Positions 9,638 through 18,070 of a stretch of DNA of 64,000 bases are shown here, piece after piece; position 1 is the first letter of the stretch; each line of letters opens with the position of its first letter. Both the position numbers and the translations under genes were made by a program. A model generated the notes under the pieces. It had not been told where the DNA came from and ran no database searches. It worked only from the letters and a program-made list of their open reading frames with translations. The DNA comes from an uncultured delta proteobacterium (GTDB lineage: Bacteria; Desulfobacterota; Binatia; UBA9968). The stretch is taken from contig CAVTUQ010000004.1 in NCBI GenBank assembly GCA_963737905.1, positions 28,206 through 92,205 on the forward strand, written 5' to 3'.

Positions 9638-10582
9638 ATGACTTCAATTGTTCTAATCACCGGCGCCAATGGCTTCATCGGCTCCCACACAACTCTGCTC
9701 ATGGAATCACTCGGTCACAAGGTCATTCCCGTGGACGCCGTGCCTCGCTCGACAGATCTTTCCTTGCTCGGGATTCAAACACCCAGTCACCTCATGGATG
9801 TCACGGATGTATTGGCTTTCCGAAAGCTCTGCGACAAGGAAAAGCCGACCCATATCTTTCACGCTGCGCACCCGCCTCGGAACGAAGATCCCTCGGTGCT
9901 CAACTTTTGTTATCATGCAATGACCAATATTCTCGAGGCGGCAAAGACACTTAAAATGCGGCGGGTCGTCTATTCAAGCTCCGCTTCTATTTACGGCCAG
10001 TTGAAAAAGCCGGACGGCGGTCTCATTAAGGAAGAGGACGCGGTTACGATTTATCCCACCTATTTCTATCGCGCCGCGAAAACCGTTTCGGAGTGGATGG
10101 GCGACTTTTACAAAGAAAAACACGGCGTAGACTTTGTCGCGTTGAGATACTCTTCTGTTTACGGCCCCGGTCTGTACAGAAGCATTCCCTTAGAACTCAA
10201 AAGAGGCATCCTCGGCCAACCCTGCCGGCCCTTTCTCACACGCCCGCTTGACGATTTGATCTATGTGGACGACGTTGTCGATGCGATTCGCCGCGCGCTC
10301 TTTTCAGACAAACCCCTCAGCCGCGCCTATAACATCGGCCTCGACAAGACCTACACGAACGAGGATCTCACCCAGGCCATTCGGAAAGCGCTGCCGGATC
10401 TGAAATTCGAAATCGGCGAACATCCCAACGCCGCCGAAGTGGGCCCCCATCGCTTACGTAACCCGCTCGATATTTCCCTTGCGCAACGAGAACTGGGCTG
10501 GACCCCGAAGATTTATCTCGAAGAAGGCATCGCACGGTTAGCAAAATGGTTGCAAGAGAACAAAGCCAAGCGGCAAATGTGA
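9638..10582 (+). CDS. NAD-dependent epimerase/dehydratase (extended SDR)
   Basis: 314 aa. ITGANGFIGSH Rossmann motif and YRAAK catalytic YxxxK. Confidence 0.8.
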   Translation: MTSIVLITGANGFIGSHTTLLMESLGHKVIPVDAVPRSTDLSLLGIQTPSHLMDVTDVLAFRKLCDKEKPTHIFHAAHPPRNEDPSVLNFCYHAMTNILEAAKTLKMRRVVYSSSASIYGQLKKPDGGLIKEEDAVTIYPTYFYRAAKTVSEWMGDFYKEKHGVDFVALRYSSVYGPGLYRSIPLELKRGILGQPCRPFLTRPLDDLIYVDDVVDAIRRALFSDKPLSRAYNIGLDKTYTNEDLTQAIRKALPDLKFEIGEHPNAAEVGPHRLRNPLDISLAQRELGWTPKIYLEEGIARLAKWLQENKAKRQM

Positions 10583-10644
10583 CCGCATCGACAGACACTG
10601 TTGCGCTCACAAATAGCCCTGTCACAGCTCACGTTTGTTGCCTG

Positions 10645-11787
10645 CTAATTCCAAAGTCGATTTGAAGCGATGGCCGCGCCTTCCGCCAGCGACTTAAGCT
10701 TGGCCCACGCGATGCGCGGGTCGATGGTCGCCTCTGTGCGCACGAACGTGCCGAAGCCGCAGTCCGTGCCCGCGATGACATTCTCACGGCCTACGATCTC
10801 TGCGTAGCGAACAATCCGCTGTGCTACAAGCTCCGGGTGCTCGACGAAATTGGTCGTGGAGTCAATGACACCTGGAATGATGACCATGCCATCAGGGAGA
10901 TGAAACTCCTTGAAGACGATCCACTCATGCTCATGTCTGGGGTTGGCACCCTCAAAAGAGATAGCGCCGACTTTGGCCATTAGCGCTACATCGATGATCT
11001 CCGTGAGCGGAATGTCCAAATGGTGCGGGCCTTCGTAGTTGCCCCAGCACATATGGAGGCGCACCCGATCCGCCGGAATGTCCCGCAAGGCGTGATTCAG
11101 GGCCGCCACGTGAAGCTCGGCGACCTTCTTGAACTCCTTTGTGCTCAGGTCGGAAAACCGGTTGTGGCGGCTCATGCACAAGTCGGGGCAGTCCACCTGA
11201 AGCACGAAACCGGCTCGGTGGATGGCGTCGTATTCTTCTTTCAAGGCATCCACCAGGGCGTATAAATATTTCTCCTCGCTCCCATAGTATTGGTCTTTCA
11301 TGAAATGAGGCACCACGCCGGGCGAAGCTGCGGTCATGAACACCGCCTCAGGTTGGACTTCTTTGACGGCGACCTGCAGGTTTTCAATGTCCCTGCGCAC
11401 CGCATCTCGATCTTTCCAAGCGATCGGGCCCGTGCACGCGGGGCGCTCGGGAGCGGCTCTCCCCGTGCGACGAGCAGTGTACTCCGGGAAGTCCTTGGCT
11501 TCGCCCGAGACAGCGGCAGGCGTAGATTCACCCTCAAAGCCAGTTAGGCGGTCTTTCATGTAAGTCGAGTAACCGGGTTTGCCCTGTTCGCCGTCATTGA
11601 TCACTGTGACGCCAACCTCGGCCTGCCTGCACACCACCTCCATGACCGCAGAGCGGACGCGCATGGCGAGGGCGTCTTCGTCCACCGGTTGCTTCTTCTC
11701 CTTGCGCAGCATCATGTGAACGAGCTCCGTAGGACGGGGCAGGCTCCCGGTGTGCGTAGTGAGGATGTGATGAGTGCTGCGCTTCAT
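10645..11787 (-). CDS. cobalamin-independent methionine synthase (MetE C-terminal domain)-like protein
   Basis: 380 aa. N-terminal ILTTHTGSLPRP and overall length typical of MetE-like / methionine synthase II family. Confidence 0.65.
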   Translation of the reverse strand: MKRSTHHILTTHTGSLPRPTELVHMMLRKEKKQPVDEDALAMRVRSAVMEVVCRQAEVGVTVINDGEQGKPGYSTYMKDRLTGFEGESTPAAVSGEAKDFPEYTARRTGRAAPERPACTGPIAWKDRDAVRRDIENLQVAVKEVQPEAVFMTAASPGVVPHFMKDQYYGSEEKYLYALVDALKEEYDAIHRAGFVLQVDCPDLCMSRHNRFSDLSTKEFKKVAELHVAALNHALRDIPADRVRLHMCWGNYEGPHHLDIPLTEIIDVALMAKVGAISFEGANPRHEHEWIVFKEFHLPDGMVIIPGVIDSTTNFVEHPELVAQRIVRYAEIVGRENVIAGTDCGFGTFVRTEATIDPRIAWAKLKSLAEGAAIASNRLWN

Positions 11788-11818
11788 AACTTGCCTCCAT
11801 TCGATGGTCAGGCGTGAC

Positions 11819-13003
11819 TCAGCCCATCAGCCTGCCGGCCAGAGCGAGCAGGAGCGTATCGTTGCCGCGTGCGGCGATGAGCGACAGCCCAAGCGGGCAA
11901 CCGTCGAGCTGTGCCAACGGCAGCGATACTTGGGGCAGGCGTGCCAAGCCAGCAATGCACAGGATTGGCAGCGCTCGGGCACGCAGGTCGTCGAGTACTT
12001 TTGACGGTGAGTTCCGGAGCAGCGCGATGCCGGGCGCGGACGGCAACGCGAGTACAGTTTTTTCCCCAAGCATTTCCGACATGCGGCGCGCGATCTCCTC
12101 ACGCTGCATGCTAGCGCGCGTGATATCCCCGGGACCGACTGTCGCCGCCCAGGCAAAGCGTTCCTTGACTCCCGGCCCGATCGCAGGTTTTTCCCGCATA
12201 ATCCACTCGCCGTGACAAGCCCATGCTTCGGCGCCCTGCAGGAAGCGGAAATAATCCATCCATCGCGTGAGCGGTTCGTCACCCACCGTCACAAACTCGG
12301 GCATTCCGACCACCGCCGCTACTTTATCGATTGCGGACCGAAGCGCATGGGCAACGGCTTCTCCAGCGACTTCGAAGGCGTCTTGTGCGATGAGCAAGCG
12401 CTCAGGCCGCGGCGTGGACGCCTCGTCGCGAAGCAGGGTTCTCCCGACGCGTTCGAAGACCCCGACGTCGCGCGCAAACCAGCCGCAGGTATCGAAGCTC
12501 GGGGCTAGCGGACACACGCCATCGAGCGGAATGCGCCCGTGTGTGGGTCGCATACCGAGGATCCCGCAGAAGCTTGCCGGAACGCGCACGGAGCCGCCGG
12601 TGTCGCTGCCGATGGCGAAATCCACCACATTGGCAGCGACGACAGAGGCCGAACCACTGGACGAACCGCCGGTAACGCGCCCCGGCGCGTTCACGTTCAC
12701 CGGTGCGCCGTAGTGCGCATTCTCTCCCGTGAGACCCCAGGTCAGTTCGTCGGTGTGGGTCTTGCCGACGAGATCTGCGCCCGCGTCGAGCAGCCGCTGA
12801 ACGGCGGGCGCCGTGCGAGCCGCGGGCCTATGGGTGCGCAGCCAGTCGGGGCTGCCGAAGCCGGTCCTGTGGCCGGCGACATCGTAGATGTCTTTGACGG
12901 CGAACTTAAGCCCCCGCAGCGGCCCGTGCGACGCGCCCGCCATCTCGACGTGGGTGTCGCGGCAAAAAGCTCCGAGCCGATCGTTGGCGACGATCTCGTT
13001 CAC
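11819..13003 (-). CDS. amidase (amidase-signature family)
   Basis: 394 aa, GTG start. GGSSSGSASVVAA signature and KFAVKDIYDVAGH. Confidence 0.85.
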   Translation of the reverse strand: MNEIVANDRLGAFCRDTHVEMAGASHGPLRGLKFAVKDIYDVAGHRTGFGSPDWLRTHRPAARTAPAVQRLLDAGADLVGKTHTDELTWGLTGENAHYGAPVNVNAPGRVTGGSSSGSASVVAANVVDFAIGSDTGGSVRVPASFCGILGMRPTHGRIPLDGVCPLAPSFDTCGWFARDVGVFERVGRTLLRDEASTPRPERLLIAQDAFEVAGEAVAHALRSAIDKVAAVVGMPEFVTVGDEPLTRWMDYFRFLQGAEAWACHGEWIMREKPAIGPGVKERFAWAATVGPGDITRASMQREEIARRMSEMLGEKTVLALPSAPGIALLRNSPSKVLDDLRARALPILCIAGLARLPQVSLPLAQLDGCPLGLSLIAARGNDTLLLALAGRLMG

Positions 13004-13423
13004 TGAATTGGTGGAACGCAGATAAACACAGACAATTCAGACCCGGAAGCGTGCTTAACCGGGACTTTAATCCGCACATATCTGCGGGTGTCTGTGGCTA
13101 AATCACACATCAACTTTTGTTGGTTCGTAGCCGAGTTTTTCGCGGATAGCGTTGAGGCCATCGTTGCTCAGGATCATGAAGTGATAATGGTGGACCATAT
13201 CCAATAGTGGGCTGCCCGGTCAACACTTTGGGTTTTAACGGCCTAAACCCGGCGACCCCTGAGCTTCGGGCGGTATGCGCGAAACAAGACTTGCAGTTTT
13301 CGTCGGCCGAGGCACTATCAGTACCTGTCCGGGAAGGTCGGCTTTTCTAGCGCCAGCAATCACATTAGAACCGTTATCTAAGGGTGGCAAGAAGCCAGCT
13401 TCTGTTGTCGGCGCAGATTTGGA

Positions 13424-13452
13424 TTGACAGGAATAGCAGTAATTCATAGCAT
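13424..13452 (+). promoter_or_regulatory. sigma-70-like promoter candidate (TTGACA-N17-TAGCAT)
   Basis: TTGACA 13424-13429, 17-nt spacer, TAGCAT 13447-13452. GAGGAG RBS precedes ATG 13487. Confidence 0.35.
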
Positions 13453-13486
13453 CCGGCTGTCCGTATATCCGACCGAGGAGATCAGC

Positions 13487-14562
13487 ATGTCTCGAGTTAT
13501 TCGAAGAGCCGGTTTTCTACTCAATATCGCAATCTTGATATTCTCCGCCACAAATGCGCTTGCGCGGGAGCGCGGCTATGACGGTCCGCACAAGTAGCCC
13601 TCTATCAAGGCGCCGATCGCGAAAAAATTCTCATCGAAGGCGCCAAAAAAGAAGGCCAGTTCACGCTCTACGACTCCCATACCTGGTTTCGAACCATCGC
13701 CAAGGAGTTCGAGAAGAAATACCCGTTCGTCAAAGTTTCTGAATTTCGCACCGATGGCAGGAGCCTGATTAAGCGGGCGCTCGAGGAAATCGCGGCAGGC
13801 CAGTATATCGCGGACGTCATCGCGACGACTTCCGAACAGATGGCGATCATGAAACGGGAGGGCGTGTTTCAAGAATACACCTTGGCAGACGCGCGTTATT
13901 ACCCGGATGACGTCAAAATGAAAGGGAAAAACGGTTTCTACTATATCGGGCACTACGAGACCTACAACAGCCTCGGGTTCAACACTTCGCTGATTTCTCC
14001 CGCGGAAGCGCCGAAAACCATGAGTGATCTGTTGAACCCGAAATGGAAAGGAAAAATGTCCATCGTCAGTACCACCACAGGAACTCGATGGATCGGCAGC
14101 ACGCTGAATGTCATGGGGCGCGAGTTCCTTGACAAGATGGCGGATCAAGAAGTGAAGATGCAAACCATGTCCGGCGCGGCTTTGGCGGGCTTGGTCGTCT
14201 CGGGTGAGGTCCCGTTATCACCCACCATCTTTGACGCTAACATTCATACGGCAAAACAGAAAGGGGCGCCGGTGGAATGGCGCCCGCTAGACCCGGTCGT
14301 GACCACAGTCAGCTATTCCGGATTGACTCTGAGGGCACCCCATCCCCACGCCGGTCTCCTATTTCTCGATTATCTTCACTCCAAAGAAGGACAACAGCTC
14401 ATCATGAAGGGTGGTCTGTGGTCGCCGCGTGAGGATATCGCAACATTGGATCAAAAGTTCAAGAAATCTTACATCGACGAAAAATACTCACTCGATGAAG
14501 CGGAGAAGAAGTTCGCCGAGTGGGACAAGCTGATGCAGCAGCTTTTTATCCGCAGAAAGTAG
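13487..14562 (+). pseudogene. solute-binding protein paralogue of 8496-9584, signal peptide out of frame with mature domain
   Basis: ATG 13487 encodes MSRVIRRAGFLLNIAILIFSATNALA..., stopping at TAG 13595-13597. Frame +1 is open from 13582 and reads ALYQGADREKILIEGAKKEGQ... to 14562, collinear with the 8496 protein. The shift lies within 13582-13597. Confidence 0.7.
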
Positions 14563-14644
14563 TGACTGCAATTTAAAATCGACAGAGCGAGCTCAAGAGA
14601 CATGGGCGACAGATCACTCCAGCTCGAACTTTTGAAAAATCGTC

Positions 14645-14677
14645 TTGAACGATTTGAACTTTTTGAACGGCTTGAAC
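14645..14677. repeat. tandem nonamer array, 4 x (NNN)TTGAAC in exact 9-bp phase
   Basis: TTGAAC at 14645, 14654, 14663, 14672. Ends 7 nt from the stop (14685-14687) of the minus-strand gene. Confidence 0.8.
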
Positions 14678-14684
14678 CGATTAG

Positions 14685-15533
14685 TTATTCCCCCGCGTAG
14701 TACTTTCTTGCCCACGCCGCGATATCCCCACGCCGGGCAAACCAGACATCTTTGTGGCCCTTGGCGTATTTGATGATCTGCTCGAACGTATCGATAGCTG
14801 GGACGCGTGAGCTCAAGTAGCCGTGCGTGATCACGTTCATCATGGTGGGATTTTCCGGTCCAATCTTGTAGCGGTAATCAAACTCATCTTTGAACTTCTC
14901 AAAAAAGTCGTGACGCGTGCCTTCCTCCTGCATCCGGTGATCGTTGATCGTGTACTGATGCGGGATCATGATAAGCATTTTGTCGCCGATCTTGATCGGA
15001 TAGGGCATTTCATCGTCGTGGTAGTCGCAGTTATAGAGCAGACCCGCCTCAAGATTCAGCTCCAGAGTGTTATCTGTGGAGCGGACACCCGGTGAAGACC
15101 AGCCGGTGGGACGTTCGCCAGTGAGTTTCGTGATCGCTTCGACAGTCTTGAAGACATTTTCCCGCTCCTGGTCTCGCGTAAGCATGAAGAGATATTCCCC
15201 CTGATCCCAGCCATGGGCGACCATCTCGTGGCCGCGGCCATGCGCATACTTCACGAGATCGGGCCAGTATTCGCAAGTGAGACCATTAATCGGCATGCTC
15301 ACTTTCAGATCGTACTTGTCGCAAATGTCGAGGAGCCGCCTTACGCCGATTTTCCCGCCAAAATCTCTGAACGTCTCCGTGGAATAGTCGTGCTTGCATA
15401 GTGCATTGGCCGGTAATGGTGACTGCAGGGCTCCGCCACGTGACGGTTTGTTTCTGTCCCAGCATTCGAAAGCAATGCCGAGCACGAACGCGATCCTTGC
15501 ATTGTTGGGCCACTTGAAAGGTTGCTGAACCAT
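14685..15533 (-). CDS. polysaccharide deacetylase family hydrolase
   Basis: 282 aa. WPNNARIAFVLGIAFE and HEMVAHGW motifs. Same family as 6395-7225. Confidence 0.65.
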   Translation of the reverse strand: MVQQPFKWPNNARIAFVLGIAFECWDRNKPSRGGALQSPLPANALCKHDYSTETFRDFGGKIGVRRLLDICDKYDLKVSMPINGLTCEYWPDLVKYAHGRGHEMVAHGWDQGEYLFMLTRDQERENVFKTVEAITKLTGERPTGWSSPGVRSTDNTLELNLEAGLLYNCDYHDDEMPYPIKIGDKMLIMIPHQYTINDHRMQEEGTRHDFFEKFKDEFDYRYKIGPENPTMMNVITHGYLSSRVPAIDTFEQIIKYAKGHKDVWFARRGDIAAWARKYYAGE

Positions 15534-15625
15534 ATCGAGTTCCTCCAGGGACTAAGGCTGTTGACTTCCAGTAACGAAGCGACTTATAGCCAAAGAGTCT
15601 GAAATGAGCAAGGAGGAAACGCTTC

Positions 15626-17269
15626 ATGAAACCGAGAGCGCTCGCATATCCAGATTTAATATTGTTCAATGGCAAAATCCGCAGCTTCGCCGCAGATAAC
15701 TCGATTCAAGAGGCAGTGGCCTGCGCCGGCGGGCGCATCGTTGCAACCGGCAAATCCGACGACGTCCGCCGCCTGGGTGGCGCTGACACTCAATCCATCG
15801 ATCTTCAGGGGAGAACGACTATCCCGGGGCTGACGGACACCCACGTTCATCTGTCCGAAAAAGGCACGGCGGAGATGGAATTGATCGACTGCCGGGATTT
15901 CTACACCGATGTTCATTCCATCGCCGACATTCTAGAGCGCCTCGCCAAACGGGCGGCCGACGCCCCCAAGGGTTCATGGATCGTCGCCCATGGCAGCCCA
16001 ATGCAGGACTTTCGCCTAAAAGACAAGCGGTTTCCCGACAAGCATGACCTCGATGGTGCAGTGCCCGATAACCCGGTATCGATCTCATTCGGAGCCCATA
16101 TCACCGTCGGCAATAGTCCCGCGTTGGCGGCAGCGAAAATAACTCGCGACACTCCCGATCCGGCCGGAGGGCATATTAAACATGATTCGCAAACGGGCGA
16201 GCCTACGGGAGAACTGCACGAACGGGCACAACTGATATTGCGCAAAGTCGCGCCGGAATTTAATTACCTTCAACTGAAGGACGGTATCGTCTTTGCGCTG
16301 AATCAATGTCTCGAACGCGGTGTCACTACCGTCCACGACATCGTCCGCTACGCAGAACCGGTGCGTGCCTATCAGGAACTTTACAAAGAAGGCCGCATGC
16401 ACGCCCGCGTGAGCCTCTTGCCGCGGGTGATCGAGTCGATGATCGAATCCAAGAGCTTGATCGAGCTCGGTCTAACGACCGGTTTTGGCAACGACTGGCT
16501 ACGCATCGGCGGCGTAAAAATGAGTATCGACGGCGGCATCACCGGCCGCAACGCGTGCTTCTACGATCCTTATGAAGACGATGAACACAATTACGGTATC
16601 ATCAGAATCCAGCAGGACGAATTGAATGATACTGTCCAGAAGTGCCACGACGCGGGCCTGCGCTGCTGCGTGCACGCCATCGGTGACCGCGCTTTCGATA
16701 TGGCGCTGAATGCGTATGAAAATGCCATTCAAAAATCGCCGCGCAAAGACCATCGCCACCGCATCGAGCACATGGGCAACTGGCTAAGCACTCAAGAGCG
16801 CATGCAGCGGATGGTGCGCTCCGGCATCATCGCCATCCCAAATATCGCCATCGGCTATTATGTAGGCGATGCCATTCTTGATTGCGTCGGGGAAAAGCGG
16901 TTGACGAAGGCGTTTCCTTTCAGGACGCTGTTAAGGAACGGAGTCATAATCGCCGGCGGCTCCGACTCGCCGGGTTACTGGCCCGTCGACCCTTTGCGGG
17001 ATATCGCCGCATGCGTTTCGCGCAAGATGCGCTGGGGTGAAGTCTGGATACCGGAGGAGAGAATCACCACGGCCGAGGCCTTTGCTATGCACACCACAAC
17101 GGCGGCCTATGTGGGCTTCGAAGAAAACGATAAAGGAACATTGGAGCGCGGCAAATTAGCCGATATGGCCGTGCTGGCTGAAGACCCGTTTGAGATTCCG
17201 GGCGAACGGATCAAGGACTTGTCGGTAGAAATGACAATCGTCGGCGGCGAGATTAAATACCAGGCTTAA
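15626..17269 (+). CDS. metal-dependent amidohydrolase (amidohydrolase_3 / YtcJ-like)
   Basis: 547 aa. GLTDTHVHL metal-binding motif, CVHAIGDRA, HRIEH and GSDSP motifs. Confidence 0.8.
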   Translation: MKPRALAYPDLILFNGKIRSFAADNSIQEAVACAGGRIVATGKSDDVRRLGGADTQSIDLQGRTTIPGLTDTHVHLSEKGTAEMELIDCRDFYTDVHSIADILERLAKRAADAPKGSWIVAHGSPMQDFRLKDKRFPDKHDLDGAVPDNPVSISFGAHITVGNSPALAAAKITRDTPDPAGGHIKHDSQTGEPTGELHERAQLILRKVAPEFNYLQLKDGIVFALNQCLERGVTTVHDIVRYAEPVRAYQELYKEGRMHARVSLLPRVIESMIESKSLIELGLTTGFGNDWLRIGGVKMSIDGGITGRNACFYDPYEDDEHNYGIIRIQQDELNDTVQKCHDAGLRCCVHAIGDRAFDMALNAYENAIQKSPRKDHRHRIEHMGNWLSTQERMQRMVRSGIIAIPNIAIGYYVGDAILDCVGEKRLTKAFPFRTLLRNGVIIAGGSDSPGYWPVDPLRDIAACVSRKMRWGEVWIPEERITTAEAFAMHTTTAAYVGFEENDKGTLERGKLADMAVLAEDPFEIPGERIKDLSVEMTIVGGEIKYQA

Positions 17270-17283
17270 GCGAACAACCGGAC

Positions 17284-17830
17284 TCAGTTTGTATGGTTCA
17301 CGCTCACAAACGGCCGGTGCGAATTTTTGTCTTGCGCGGCAGCAATTTTTTTCCTCTGCTTGTAAATGTGAACACAGACTTCTTCAATCACCGTCGTTTG
17401 CGCCTCACCCTGTTCCTTGCGGTCCACCGGGCAGGGTTCGTATTGAATAGTGACCGATTGGATTTTGTCGGACTGGTCTTGCCACGAAACTCTAATGAGT
17501 CGACCGCGCAGGCGGTCGACGTAGTTCCCAGCCAGACGAAGGACTTGGGACAGACTCAAGAGATTCGGCGGGCCGGGAAGCGATTTTTCGTCGCTCTTTT
17601 CCCTCGTTCTCTAATCTCTTCAAATCCTCCGGGCCGCAGTGTTTCTCCAGGTCCATCGCAGTCGAAGTGCCTTTATTCCAGGCCTGGATAATGTAGTTCT
17701 CGCCGTGGGTCTTCACTTCCACAGCCTTAAGCTCCAACGATTCCAGACTTTGCCCTATGCACCGCAAAGCATTCGCGTAAAAAGTTCGGGTTTGCGAAAC
17801 CTGTTTTAAGCTTGCGCCGTTGTTCGTCAT
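17284..17830 (-). pseudogene. hypothetical two-repeat protein, apparently split by a frameshift
   Basis: ORFs 17492-17830 and 17284-17559 overlap in different frames. Both halves carry a similar module (ALRCIGQSLESLELKAVEVK... and VLRLAGNYVDRLRGRLIRVS...). Junction about 17560-17590, near an A5 run. Confidence 0.4.
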
Positions 17831-18070
17831 AGGGAACGGTGGAGAGCAACGACTGTGCCAAGACAGGTCACGAAAGATAAACGTATTTGTGGCGAACCTG
17901 AGCGGTTCCCGTGCAAAAATGTGCGTCTGAGTGACAAAGTCGTCGGGGCGTAAAGCTTGTCCTTTTTGGCTTTTAAGCTAACTCACAGGAGATCAGCGGC
18001 TCGCCCGGTATTCGCTCAACCGAGGCGAGCCACTGTGGTGTGATCTTAGAAGAAGCCTGAGTATTTCGAG

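Noticed and set aside
13103-13198. 31-aa minus-strand ORF (MVHHYHFMILSNDGLNAIREKLGYEPTKVDV), resembling a VOC-fold N-terminus or gene remnant, in the 483-bp gap 13004-13486
   Set aside because: It is too short, has no RBS, and the resemblance is weak. The gap also showed no recognisable riboswitch or tRNA features.
13576-14163. 195-aa minus-strand ORF and 13554-13742 plus-strand ORF
   Set aside because: Both overlap the binding-protein paralogue, whose frame is supported by strong similarity to the 8496-9584 protein. They are shadow ORFs.
14645-14677. TTGAAC arrays as CRISPR or as coding repeats
   Set aside because: The period is 9 bp, with no unique spacers and only 33-42 bp total. There are no cas genes. 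The arrays lie between well-delimited genes, and the translations (VQxVQx) belong to no supported ORF.
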